This document shows positions 9,212-18,386 of a stretch of 54,023 bases of DNA, piece by piece. The position numbers and the translations under genes were made by a program. The notes under the pieces were generated by a model that had not been told where the DNA came from, ran no database searches, and saw only the letters and a program-made list of their open reading frames with translations. Source of the stretch: an uncultured Rikenellaceae bacterium (lineage in GTDB: Bacteria > Bacteroidota > Bacteroidia > Bacteroidales > Rikenellaceae); NCBI GenBank assembly GCA_964371765.1, contig CAYJOF010000002.1:1-54023 (forward strand), read 5' to 3'. Positions within the stretch are counted from its first letter, which is position 1. Each line of letters opens with the position of its first letter.

Positions 9212-10888
9212 ATGCTAAGATTTTATATAATTTTCACTATTGCACTACTCTCTGTGATGAGTAGTTATGCACAAAAAAAAGACAAACTTGACACCCACGA
9301 GGCGGTATTGGAGCTCTATCTTGACGGCATACAAGAGATGTTCAATAGGAACAACAGCGAAAAGGCTGCAACTCTTTTTTTAGATGCCCTAAAGCTAGAC
9401 CCCGAGCATGCACCTAGCCACTATCATCTGTCTCTTATTGCCAATAACAACGAAGAGATGCTCGAGTATGCAAAAAAAGCTGCCCAGTATGACCCCACAA
9501 ATACGTGGTACAATATTCACCTCTCTAGATCCTATGCAACTATTGGTGATTTTGACAATGCAATTATCTACGCTCAGAAGATTCTAGCCCAGTCGCCAAA
9601 AGAGATAGAGGTTCAACAGATGTTGATCTCTATGTTGAGTGATGCAAACAGACAAGAGGAGGCACTGGATATGCTAAACGAGTTTGAGAAGATGTATGGC
9701 ACAAGCGAAGAGACCTTTCTAAACAAGCTCAGAATATACGAGGCAATGCCTCCTACGCTTGAACTAGCACAGAAGATGGAGGGCATAGCCCAGGAGAACC
9801 AAAAGGAGATTACGCCACTACTTATGGCAGGGGATATGTACCTTAGACTAGGCGACAACGAAAAGGGGGTAGAACTTATCAAGCAAGCCGAGGCAATTGA
9901 CTCAACAAATTGGCGTGTTATTGTACTGCTTGCCGATGCAAACATCAATTCTCAAAACTTTAACGAGATGTTTAAGTATGCCACTAAATTAATGAGGCTA
10001 GATATTCTCAAAGTTGAGGCAAGGGCAGAGTTTGTGGAGAAGGTCTTGTTCAATCCATACCTTTATCAAAACCATATGATGCAGGTTAGTCAAGTTGTTA
10101 TGACTCTCAACGAGAGTGCCCCTATGGACACAAACGTTGGGCACCTTGTAGCTCAACACTACGCCCATATTGGTATGCTCGATGAGGCAGAAAAGCAGTA
10201 CCGTAAAATGATTTCTATTGGGAGTGCCGACCAGCAGACCTATTACAACCTTATTGGACTGCTGAACTTCGAGAGACGATACGACGAGATGATCACCGTA
10301 AGCGACTCGCTTTCACACAGATACCCAGAGACCTTGATTGACAACACTATGCAGAAGGCCTATGCCTTGATGGAGCTTGATAGATTTCCCGAGGCTGTAA
10401 ACGAATTGGAGGAATTACTACCAGAACTAACAGATGATGTTGATAGAAGCGTAACGATAGGTTTTATAGCAGATATTCAACACGAGGCAGGTAACATAGA
10501 ACAGAGCTACAAACTTTACGAGAAGGCAATCAAGATAGACCCTGAGAATTGGGGTTCAATCAACAACTACTGCTACTACCTATCACTTGCAGGAAAGAAT
10601 CTAAAGAAGGCAAAGAAGATGAGCAAGCGGGTAGCAGAGGCAAACCCTGAGAATGGGAGCTATATCGATACGTATGGATGGATACTATATTTATTAGGCG
10701 AATATCAAGAGGCGGAGGTGCAGCTTGCACGTGCTACTGAGCTTGACGCAGGCACAAGCCCCGATATTATGATGCACTACGGCGACGTACTTAGTAAGAA
10801 TGGTAAAACAGTGCTAGCCAAGGTATATTGGAAGAGAGCAGAAGAGGCCGGAGCCGATCCAGAACAACTCAAAAAACGAGGATTGTAG
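9212..10888 (+). CDS. tetratricopeptide-repeat protein, signal peptide
   Basis: Signal sequence and repeated 34-aa A/Y/L patterns (e.g. A..LF..ALKLDPEHAPSHY). Confidence 0.75.
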   Translation: MLRFYIIFTIALLSVMSSYAQKKDKLDTHEAVLELYLDGIQEMFNRNNSEKAATLFLDALKLDPEHAPSHYHLSLIANNNEEMLEYAKKAAQYDPTNTWYNIHLSRSYATIGDFDNAIIYAQKILAQSPKEIEVQQMLISMLSDANRQEEALDMLNEFEKMYGTSEETFLNKLRIYEAMPPTLELAQKMEGIAQENQKEITPLLMAGDMYLRLGDNEKGVELIKQAEAIDSTNWRVIVLLADANINSQNFNEMFKYATKLMRLDILKVEARAEFVEKVLFNPYLYQNHMMQVSQVVMTLNESAPMDTNVGHLVAQHYAHIGMLDEAEKQYRKMISIGSADQQTYYNLIGLLNFERRYDEMITVSDSLSHRYPETLIDNTMQKAYALMELDRFPEAVNELEELLPELTDDVDRSVTIGFIADIQHEAGNIEQSYKLYEKAIKIDPENWGSINNYCYYLSLAGKNLKKAKKMSKRVAEANPENGSYIDTYGWILYLLGEYQEAEVQLARATELDAGTSPDIMMHYGDVLSKNGKTVLAKVYWKRAEEAGADPEQLKKRGL

Positions 10889-10945
10889 TAGTTGTTACTA
10901 CGCTTATATGAGTAGTAACACTTAGCATACGATAAAACAGAAAAC

Positions 10946-10980
10946 GGGCAACTCACTTTGGAATGAGTCGCCCATTTTCT
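10946..10980. terminator. bidirectional hairpin between the convergent TPR gene and pepE
   Basis: GGGCAACTCA..TGAGTCGCCC stem flanked by an A-run and ATTTTCTATTTT. Confidence 0.5.
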
Positions 10981-11001
10981 ATTTTAGCCCCAAATGAAGC
11001 A

Positions 11002-11712
11002 CTACTTCATAAGGAATGATAGATCATCTGTTGCGTTAAGCTCGTAAGGCTCTTGACCGAATTTGAAGATTCTCAATGGACGAGAACCAATCATTCCAAT
11101 CTTGCCATCCTCGATAACAAACATACAACCCTCTCTAAGACCTGCAACATACATTCCTTGGTTAGCGTTGATATACTCAGTAAGACGCTGCTCACGAGTC
11201 TCTCCAGCGTGACCATCAGGATGTGCATCTAGGTAGTGTGGATTGATTTGGAAAGGAATTAGGTTGATAGCCTTAAATGTCATAGGTTCTACAATTGGCA
11301 TATCGTTAGTTGTGCAGATTGTTGGACAAGTAACGTTAGAGCCAGCCGACCAGCCGATATATGGAGTACCTGCTTGAACTTTCTCGCGAATAGCTTGAAT
11401 AAGACCAAACTTTTGCATACAGCTCATCAAGTGGAAAGTGTTGCCACCACCAACTACAATAGCCTCTGCGTTTTTGATAGCCTCGATTTGGTTGTCATAG
11501 TTGTGAACTGAATCCACCTCAATTCCTACCTCTGCTAGTCTATTTGCCACCTTTTGCTGATATTCATCATACGAAAAAGATACTGCTGCATAAGGTACAA
11601 ACATAATTTTCTTTACGTTGCTCTTAGCTAAGAAATCTTTAATGTTCTGCTTTGGATACTCTAGATATGCCTCTCCAGCATTAGTAGAGTTACTAATAAG
11701 TAATAGTCTCAT
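11002..11712 (-). CDS. pepE: dipeptidase E (peptidase S51)
   Basis: MRLLLISNSTNAGEAYLEY..., GGGNTFHL, GWSAGSN. Confidence 0.9.
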   Translation of the reverse strand: MRLLLISNSTNAGEAYLEYPKQNIKDFLAKSNVKKIMFVPYAAVSFSYDEYQQKVANRLAEVGIEVDSVHNYDNQIEAIKNAEAIVVGGGNTFHLMSCMQKFGLIQAIREKVQAGTPYIGWSAGSNVTCPTICTTNDMPIVEPMTFKAINLIPFQINPHYLDAHPDGHAGETREQRLTEYINANQGMYVAGLREGCMFVIEDGKIGMIGSRPLRIFKFGQEPYELNATDDLSFLMK

Positions 11713-11752
11713 GAAATTATTTTTTTAATGTTTTAAACCCATTTTAACACTA

Positions 11753-11760
11753 CAAAAGTA
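11753..11760 (-). promoter_or_regulatory. -7 box TACTTTTG (minus strand)
   Basis: 41 nt upstream of the pepE start. Confidence 0.45.
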
Positions 11761-11834
11761 GCTTTTTTTTATATGAGAACCAAATCAAAACGAGAAAAGT
11801 TAAGGCAAAAATTTTTTCTTTCTAAAAAAGAGTA

Positions 11835-11842
11835 TAACTTTG
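11835..11842 (+). promoter_or_regulatory. -7 box TAACTTTG
   Basis: 53 nt upstream of the panC ATG. Confidence 0.45.
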
Positions 11843-11894
11843 TCGCCGAATATGCTCACTTAAAAACGAAAGGGCACACAACACGCATAGAATA

Positions 11895-12731
11895 ATGAAG
11901 ATAATTAAAGATATAGCACAACTCAAAACAGCCATCAGCCAAGCACGTACGAGTGGCGAGGTGGGCTTTGTTCCTACTATGGGGGCTCTACACACTGGAC
12001 ATATCTCCTTGGTTGAGAGAGCAGCACAGGACTGCGAGGTGGTCGTTGTAAGTATCTTTGTCAACCCAACTCAGTTCAACGACAAGAGTGATCTTGAGCG
12101 CTACCCTCGTACAGAAAAACAAGATATAGCACTTTTAGAGCAGAGCGGTTGTAGTATTGTGTTTATGCCAAGCGTGGAGCAGATGTATCCTGAACCCGAC
12201 ACTCGTCAGTTCGACTTTGGAGCACTAGGCAATGTTATGGAGGGAGCTAATCGCCCGGGGCACTTCAATGGAGTTGCTCAAATAGTAAGCAAACTCTTTG
12301 ACGCTGTTGAGCCAGATAAATCATACTTTGGCGAGAAAGATTATCAGCAGTTAGCAATTATTCGTCAAATGACAAAACTCTTAGGCTACAAGACTCAGAT
12401 AATTGGGTGTCCAATATGCAGAGACACTGACGGACTAGCACTAAGTTCTCGTAATATGCTACTGAGCCCAGAACAGCGAGAGGCCGCTCCTCATATTTAT
12501 AGGTGTATCAAGGAGGCCTCACAGAAAGAATGGACAGATGCACAAGAGGCAACGGAATGGGTAAGAGAGCAGATAGATCAAAATCCACACCTAGAGGTAG
12601 AGTACTTTGAACTTGCCGACGGAGAGCACCTTCAACCAATAGAGGATTGGAAGGAGTGCAAAAATCCAGTGGGTTTTGCGGTGGTAAGAGCAGGAAAAAT
12701 TAGATTAATTGACAACATTAAATTCAAATAG
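11895..12731 (+). CDS. panC: pantoate--beta-alanine ligase
   Basis: VPTMGALHTGHISLV, FVNPTQF, GEKDYQQ. Confidence 0.95.
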   Translation: MKIIKDIAQLKTAISQARTSGEVGFVPTMGALHTGHISLVERAAQDCEVVVVSIFVNPTQFNDKSDLERYPRTEKQDIALLEQSGCSIVFMPSVEQMYPEPDTRQFDFGALGNVMEGANRPGHFNGVAQIVSKLFDAVEPDKSYFGEKDYQQLAIIRQMTKLLGYKTQIIGCPICRDTDGLALSSRNMLLSPEQREAAPHIYRCIKEASQKEWTDAQEATEWVREQIDQNPHLEVEYFELADGEHLQPIEDWKECKNPVGFAVVRAGKIRLIDNIKFK

Positions 12732-13082
12732 ATGCAAATTGAGGTAGTAAAATCGAAGATACATAGAGCATCAGTTACAGAGGCTAACTTGAACTATGTA
12801 GGCAGTATTACAATCGACCCAATCCTATTGGAGGCTGCCAATATAATCCCTAACGAAAGGGTATATATTGTCAACAACAACAACGGAGAGCGATTTGACA
12901 CATATGTAATTAAAGGCGAAAGAGGCAGTGGCCAGATATGTATCAACGGAGCAGCAGCACGCAAGGTACAGGTTGGCGATGTGGTCATAATAATGGCATA
13001 CGCCCTTATGGATTTCGAACAAGCAAAGGACTTCACTCCATCGGTTGTATTCCCAGACACTGCAACAAATATGCTTTTATAG
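12732..13082 (+). CDS. panD: aspartate 1-decarboxylase
   Basis: [23 protein letters not shown] (Gly-Ser self-cleavage site). Abuts panC. Confidence 0.95.
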   Translation: MQIEVVKSKIHRASVTEANLNYVGSITIDPILLEAANIIPNERVYIVNNNNGERFDTYVIKGERGSGQICINGAAARKVQVGDVVIIMAYALMDFEQAKDFTPSVVFPDTATNMLL

Positions 13083-13190
13083 CTTATTTGACTGATTTAA
13101 TAACATATTGCAAATCAATCAAATAAAAGACAAAGCCTAAAAGTTCATTAAAAAAAGTAAACTTTTTTTTGGACTTTAGGAATAAAACGC

Positions 13191-13198
13191 TATCTTTG
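13191..13198 (+). promoter_or_regulatory. -7 box TATCTTTG upstream of the tRNA-Gly locus
   Basis: Perfect consensus, 35 nt before the tRNA-Gly fragment and 140 nt before the intact gene. Confidence 0.5.
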
Positions 13199-13232
13199 TA
13201 CCCGAAAAAGTTCTTTTAAAGAATTATTTACA

Positions 13233-13264
13233 AAATAGCTCAGTTGGTAGAGCACAACCTTGCC
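13233..13264 (+). pseudogene. 5' fragment of tRNA-Gly(GCC), roughly tRNA positions 5-36
   Basis: The 32 nt AAATAGCTCAGTTGGTAGAGCACAACCTTGCC are identical to 13342-13373 of the intact gene. Identity stops at the anticodon. Confidence 0.75.
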
Positions 13265-13337
13265 CCAAAAGATTGGATACAACCCAACCTTGGCAAAGAG
13301 AAACAAAACCAAACGCAAAATATTGCGGAAAGATAAT

Positions 13338-13410
13338 GCGGAAATAGCTCAGTTGGTAGAGCACAACCTTGCCAAGGTTGGGGTCGCGAGTTCGAGTCTC
13401 GTTTTCCGCT
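13338..13410 (+). tRNA. tRNA-Gly (anticodon GCC)
   Basis: Cloverleaf folded by hand: acceptor GCGGAAA/TTTCCGC, D arm GCTC..GAGC, anticodon stem CAACC/GGTTG with loop TTGCCAA, T arm GCGAG-TTCGAGT-CTCGT. Confidence 0.95.
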
Positions 13411-13415
13411 CAAAG

Positions 13416-13440
13416 AGTCCTCAGTAAGGGGACTTTTTTG
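13416..13440 (+). terminator. hairpin plus T-run after tRNA-Gly
   Basis: AGTCC-loop-GGACT followed by TTTTTT. Confidence 0.55.
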
Positions 13441-13479
13441 TTGAAAAGATAATCTGTATTTATTTACAGATCACTATCT

Positions 13480-13564
13480 GCCCTGATGGTGGAATTGGTA
13501 GACACGCAGGACTTAAAATCCTGTGAACATAGCGTTCGTGCGGGTTCAAGTCCCGCTCGGGGTA
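13480..13564 (+). tRNA. tRNA-Leu (anticodon UAA), long variable arm
   Basis: GCCCTGATGGTGGAATTGGTAGACAC..., anticodon stem CAGGA/TCCTG with loop CTTAAAA, T arm GCGGG-TTCAAGT-CCCGC. Confidence 0.92.
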
Positions 13565-13569
13565 CAAAA

Positions 13570-13604
13570 GGCTGTTCTGAATATGTTTCGGGACAGCTTT
13601 TTTT
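13570..13604 (+). terminator. intrinsic terminator (GGCTGTC-type hairpin)
   Basis: GCTGTTCTGAA-loop-TTCGGGACAGC followed by TTTTTTT. Confidence 0.7.
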
Positions 13605-13628
13605 GAAAAACTGTATTATTAAAACAAA

Positions 13629-14570
13629 ATGACAAACAAGCTATCAAGCTCTCTAGTCAGAGAGTGTATCGACCAAGCATACGAAGAATTTAAAGATATA
13701 GAACTGGGAAAAAACGCTGATTATATTCCCTACCTAGATAATGTTGATAGTTCTCTATTTGGTATAGCAGTAACAACTTGTGAGGGGGAGACTTTCACGG
13801 TGGGCGATACCGACTACAAATTCGGCATCGAATCTATCTCTAAGGTATCTACAGCAATACTTGCGATGAACCAATACTCTCCTATCGATGTTATGAAGAG
13901 TATCGGCGCAGACGCAACAGGACTGCCATTCAACTCCATTGCAGCTATGGTTGACGCTCACGGCCGCTCGTCCTCTCCCCTAGTAAACGCTGGGGCAATA
14001 AGCTGTTGTAGTATGATTCAACCAACAGGTCAAGCCTCCAAGAAGTGGGAGGAGATAGTTAAGATAAATAGTGAATTGTGTGGAAGTGAGGTGTATACCA
14101 TCGAAGAGTTATATCAATCTGAGAGCCTTACCAATTACAACAACAGAGCAATATCGTGGATACTGAAGAGAGATGGTCTTATCTATGATGAACCAGAGCT
14201 CTCGCTAGATCTATACACCCGTCAATGCTCTTTGGCAGTAGATTGCCAACAGATGGCAAATTTTGGCGCTACAATAGCAAACAAAGGAGTAAATCCAGTT
14301 AGCCAGAAAAAGGTTTTTGATGAAGAAATAGCTCCTAAGATCATCTCCTTGATGGCTATTCAGGGTTTTTATGAGATGAGTGGACACTGGCTATACTCGG
14401 CAGGGATTCCTGCAAAGAGTGGAGTTGGTGGAGGGGTTGTTGGAGTGATGCCTCATAAGTTTGGGATTGCTGCCTTCTCTCCTCGTCTGGACGAAGCAGG
14501 CAACTCTGTAAGGGCACAACGTGCTATAAAGCACATAGTTAAACGATTGAATTGTAATATTTTTTATTAA
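13629..14570 (+). CDS. glsA: glutaminase A
   Basis: Serine-beta-lactamase-like glutaminase pattern FGIESISKV, PLVNAGA, GIPAKSGVGGG. Confidence 0.92.
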   Translation: MTNKLSSSLVRECIDQAYEEFKDIELGKNADYIPYLDNVDSSLFGIAVTTCEGETFTVGDTDYKFGIESISKVSTAILAMNQYSPIDVMKSIGADATGLPFNSIAAMVDAHGRSSSPLVNAGAISCCSMIQPTGQASKKWEEIVKINSELCGSEVYTIEELYQSESLTNYNNRAISWILKRDGLIYDEPELSLDLYTRQCSLAVDCQQMANFGATIANKGVNPVSQKKVFDEEIAPKIISLMAIQGFYEMSGHWLYSAGIPAKSGVGGGVVGVMPHKFGIAAFSPRLDEAGNSVRAQRAIKHIVKRLNCNIFY

Positions 14571-14577
14571 TAGAGAT

Positions 14578-15063
14578 ATGATTAAAGAGGCAATATTTGC
14601 AGGAGGCTGTTTTTGGGGCGTTGAGTACTATATGAAACGCAGTGAGGGAGTAATTTCTATCGAAAGCGGCTACACGGGAGGATCTGTTATCGATCCAAAA
14701 TACCTTGAAGTAAAGAGCGGGTCAACAGGGCACGCCGAGGCAGTTAGAATAAAATACGACGACACAAAAACCAACTATGAAACTCTACTAAAGCTTTTTA
14801 TGGAGATTCACGACCCCACCCAACTAAATGGCCAGGGTTATGACCTTGGAACGCAGTACCGATCGGAGTTATACTATGCAGACCAAGAGCAAAAAGAGAC
14901 AATCGATAAGATTATTAGCATCTTAAGAGATAAGGGAATGGATATTGTCACAAGGGTATGCCCGCAAGGTGTATTCTATCGTGCGGAGGAGTATCATCAA
15001 GACTATTACGATCAAAAAGGCACTCTACCAGATTGTCACTCACGCAAGCGTTTGTTTGATTAG
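14578..15063 (+). CDS. msrA: peptide-methionine (S)-S-oxide reductase
   Basis: FAGGCFWGVE active-site motif, GHAEAV, YHQDYY. Confidence 0.95.
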   Translation: MIKEAIFAGGCFWGVEYYMKRSEGVISIESGYTGGSVIDPKYLEVKSGSTGHAEAVRIKYDDTKTNYETLLKLFMEIHDPTQLNGQGYDLGTQYRSELYYADQEQKETIDKIISILRDKGMDIVTRVCPQGVFYRAEEYHQDYYDQKGTLPDCHSRKRLFD

Positions 15064-15174
15064 AGATACTGCAAAGGATGTATAAAAAGGGGCAAATTAG
15101 CCCCTTTTTCTGCCTTAGGATGGTATAGAACATACAAAAAGGAAAAAAAATGCAAATTGCAAGAAAAATTGCCG

Positions 15175-15182
15175 TATATTTG
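15175..15182 (+). promoter_or_regulatory. -7 box TATATTTG
   Basis: 29 nt upstream of the ATG at 15211. Confidence 0.45.
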
Positions 15183-15210
15183 TAGGTTGGAATATTATAT
15201 ACAATTGATA

Positions 15211-17334
15211 ATGAAATATAACGCATCATCTTTACGACTGCCATACCTTATAATTGTGCTCTTCTTAACAAGTGCATTTGCGACTAATTGCGCTCGCCCA
15301 TCTTCACCAATGGGAGGGCCTAAGGATACTATTCCGCCAATTGTTCGCGATATAGATCCCCTCAATTATAGAACAAATAGTCGTCCCAAAGAGATCACAT
15401 TTGAGTTTAATGAGTATATGCAGCTCAAAGATGCTGCCACTGAGGTTATTATCTCTCCAACGACCAACATACGCCCTACGGTGGAGGTAAACGGGAAAAA
15501 GATCATCACAAAGATGGGGGAAGATATTATACTTGATAGCAATACAACCTATACGATAGACTACGGAAGAGCTCTACAAGATCTTAACGAGGGCAATGCG
15601 GCAAGAGAGATTATGTATGTATTCTCTACTGGCGAGCACATCGACTCACTAACTATGTCGGGTTTGGTTGTGGATGCAAGCACTGGAGACACGATAATCA
15701 ATGCTCTTGTATATATATACGAACAGATATCCGATACTGTAACTATCGACTCAACACTCTACAACGGAAAGGTACTAGGAATGTATAAAACAGACTCTCT
15801 TGGGGTCTTTGTAGCTAGCTATCTACAAGATCGAGAGTATCGAGTTTTTGCAATTGAGGATGGCGACAAAAACTGGGTATACAGCCCCGGTGAGGACAAG
15901 GTTGGTTTTTTGGACTATTCGGTAAATCCAGCAAAGCTAAATCCCTTCAAGGTGTGGTATGACCCTATCTCTCGCGAGATTTTTGCCTCTCCTCAATTTC
16001 AGATTAGACTATTCTCTGAGGAGCCTTTTAAGGTACAGGAGGTAACAAAATTGACTCATCTCCAAAAAGGTAAAATTGAGATCGATTTCACCACTAAAAA
16101 CATAGAGATTGATAGTGTCTCAATCGACGGGGTTGACAGTAGGGATCTTATTCTTATGCCAGACAAAGAGAATCTAAAGATGTATGTGTGGATTAGAAAC
16201 CTCAAAGGCGAGGTTAGCGACACTCTCAACGTCAATTTCAAGTATTTGGGAGTAGATACTCTTGGCAAAGCTGCAATGGTGTGGTACAACGAACAGGTGA
16301 TACTTCAGGGAGCAAAACCGCTCACAAATGCAGAGAAGAGAGCCATTAAGCGCAAAACACAACCTACGCTATGGGATAGAATTCTGATGTGGTTTAGATT
16401 CAGGTATCGTGCTCAATACAAGCGAGATATGGAGCAAAAGCAAATAGAATATCAGCACCTTATTGACTCCATAAAGAACAATCCAGAGGCAGTAGCAGCC
16501 TTTAAACGAGACTCACTAAGACTCGACTCAATTCGACTAGACTCATTAAGGTTAGACTCTCTAAGGCTCGATTCGATAGAGATAGCAAGGTTGGATAGCC
16601 TCTCAAAGCTACAACTAACTATTGATCCATCAAGTTCGTTCAACCCGAAGAATCGATTAATAATTTCGTCGGAGTATCCTCTCGATACAATTATAATCGA
16701 CTCTATCAAACTCACAAAATACGCTGCTGAGGATAAAGGGGAGGACTATTTCGACCAAACACAAGCAGAGACTGGAACAGCCCAAAAGGTAGCTACCGAG
16801 ATACCTTTTAGCCTAATTGCCGACACTACAACTCTGCTCAAGATGGAGTTTAAGGCAGACTGGGAGACCGATACGGAGTATGAGATAGAGATAGCTCCAA
16901 AGGCTCTAAGAGATATTATGGGCAAGAGTAACGACACTATTCGTCACAGATTCTCAACTGTCCAACGCAGAGAAATGACTCAATTCGAAATCGAAGCGGA
17001 CAGTGTTTCGGGAAGCTACGTAATGGACATTGTTCTAGGCGAGAACAGTGTTGAGTACTCGACAGTTGTTACCAAGGACTCTACATACATTATTGAACTT
17101 CTGCCTGTTGGAGACTATAAAATTAGATTTACAAAAGATTCAAACTCTAACGGAAAATTCGACGATGGAAACCTCCTCAAGAGAATTACACCTGAGGAGA
17201 TAGTGTTTTACAAGGATGACCAAGGGAGTAACAAAATCGAGACTAAAAAGAATTTTGATTATGTAATCAAGATTGACTTCTCAGCCCTATTCCCTCCTCT
17301 ACCAACAAAAAAAGTGATTGAATATGAACAATAG
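15211..17334 (+). CDS. Ig-like-domain lipoprotein of unknown function with an internal (DSxRL)n repeat
   Basis: The ORF-track start at 15157 is a TTG. The ATG at 15211 gives MKYNASSLRLPYLIIVLFLTSAFATNC (lipoprotein signal plus Cys). The N-terminus resembles the SbsA-type Ig-like domain. The function call is weak. Confidence 0.65.
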   Translation: MKYNASSLRLPYLIIVLFLTSAFATNCARPSSPMGGPKDTIPPIVRDIDPLNYRTNSRPKEITFEFNEYMQLKDAATEVIISPTTNIRPTVEVNGKKIITKMGEDIILDSNTTYTIDYGRALQDLNEGNAAREIMYVFSTGEHIDSLTMSGLVVDASTGDTIINALVYIYEQISDTVTIDSTLYNGKVLGMYKTDSLGVFVASYLQDREYRVFAIEDGDKNWVYSPGEDKVGFLDYSVNPAKLNPFKVWYDPISREIFASPQFQIRLFSEEPFKVQEVTKLTHLQKGKIEIDFTTKNIEIDSVSIDGVDSRDLILMPDKENLKMYVWIRNLKGEVSDTLNVNFKYLGVDTLGKAAMVWYNEQVILQGAKPLTNAEKRAIKRKTQPTLWDRILMWFRFRYRAQYKRDMEQKQIEYQHLIDSIKNNPEAVAAFKRDSLRLDSIRLDSLRLDSLRLDSIEIARLDSLSKLQLTIDPSSSFNPKNRLIISSEYPLDTIIIDSIKLTKYAAEDKGEDYFDQTQAETGTAQKVATEIPFSLIADTTTLLKMEFKADWETDTEYEIEIAPKALRDIMGKSNDTIRHRFSTVQRREMTQFEIEADSVSGSYVMDIVLGENSVEYSTVVTKDSTYIIELLPVGDYKIRFTKDSNSNGKFDDGNLLKRITPEEIVFYKDDQGSNKIETKKNFDYVIKIDFSALFPPLPTKKVIEYEQ
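16510..16611 (+). repeat. in-frame 15-nt (pentapeptide) tandem repeat DSLRL/DSIRL/DSLRL/DSLRL/DSIEIARL/DSLSKL
   Basis: Read directly from the sequence. The units use different synonymous codons (CTA AGA CTC / ATT CGA CTA / TTA AGG TTA / CTA AGG CTC). Confidence 0.9.
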
Positions 17335-18025
17335 GATAAGTATTCTACTACTCATAGTAGCTTTGTGTGCTACTACAAAGAATCTCTTTGCCCAATATAG
17401 CATAGGCGTGAGAGGTGGCTATGTTATTGGTATGGCAAACTACGAACCTGCTAAATACACAAAACTAGGGCAGGGCGGATACAACTTTGCCGCCACATTT
17501 ACTTACTCTCCCGACGACGAAGTGGAGTGGACAGCTCTACAAACTGAGCTTATACTATCGCAAAGAGTTGTATCTTATGAGATAAGCAACAAACAAGACT
17601 CGGTCTACTCTCGCTCTATTATGGCAGTCGAGCTACCTCTTCTGTGGCGACCTAGTGTGTCGCTATCCAGAGGTAAAGGGGTGTTCTATGCTGTTCTTGG
17701 GCCTTATATCTACTACGACCTATCCTCTAAGGAGAAATATGAAGATCTGGGTGACCCTAACTCAGAGTATAACGTTAGCAGAGATTGGGAGTATGATCTC
17801 CTTCGAGACAATAGACTGGGAGTTGGAGTTGCAGGAGGATTGGGCATAGGGTGGACGATTGCCCCTCAACTACGGCTAATGGCAGAGGCAAGGTTTGTTT
17901 ATGGTTTTTCCAATATCCTTAAACCAGCAGCCCAGTATGAAGGGAATCCTATTCAGTCAACAACTAGCCAAATAAACTTCACGTTTGGTTTGAGCTACGC
18001 ATTTAATAACAAAAAGAGAAAATAG
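17324..18025 (+). CDS. outer-membrane beta-barrel protein (PorT/OmpA-beta-barrel-like family)
   Basis: Signal peptide, alternating aromatic/Gly beta-strand pattern, C-terminal ...FTFGLSYAF. First ATG at 17324 (the track start at 17318 is TTG). Overlaps the upstream stop codon. Confidence 0.65.
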   Translation: MNNRISILLLIVALCATTKNLFAQYSIGVRGGYVIGMANYEPAKYTKLGQGGYNFAATFTYSPDDEVEWTALQTELILSQRVVSYEISNKQDSVYSRSIMAVELPLLWRPSVSLSRGKGVFYAVLGPYIYYDLSSKEKYEDLGDPNSEYNVSRDWEYDLLRDNRLGVGVAGGLGIGWTIAPQLRLMAEARFVYGFSNILKPAAQYEGNPIQSTTSQINFTFGLSYAFNNKKRK

Positions 18026-18031
18026 ATAATT

Positions 18032-18385
18032 ATGGCAATAATTGAAGAGTCGACAAGACAACAAAAAGTTGGAAGATTAATACAAAAGGAACTCAGTTCA
18101 ATATTTCAGAAAGAGTGTTCTGACTATGTTACAGGAGTAATTGCAACTGTAACAAAGGTTAGAGTTAGCCCTGATTTAAGCTATGCTAAGGTATATATGA
18201 GCATTTTCCCGTTCAACAAAAACGAGGAGTTGATGCAGCGATTCACAAGCGGCAAGAAACACATAAGACTCTATTTGGGTAAGAGGGTTAAATCTCAATT
18301 GAGAATTGTGCCAGAGTTGAGTTTCTACCTTGATGACTCTATGGAGTATATCGAAAATATTGAAACGCTACTAAAGGAGGATTAA
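18032..18385 (+). CDS. rbfA: ribosome-binding factor A
   Basis: QQKVGRLIQKELSSIF...VTKVRVSPDLSYAKVY. Confidence 0.92.
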   Translation: MAIIEESTRQQKVGRLIQKELSSIFQKECSDYVTGVIATVTKVRVSPDLSYAKVYMSIFPFNKNEELMQRFTSGKKHIRLYLGKRVKSQLRIVPELSFYLDDSMEYIENIETLLKED

Positions 18386-18386
18386 T

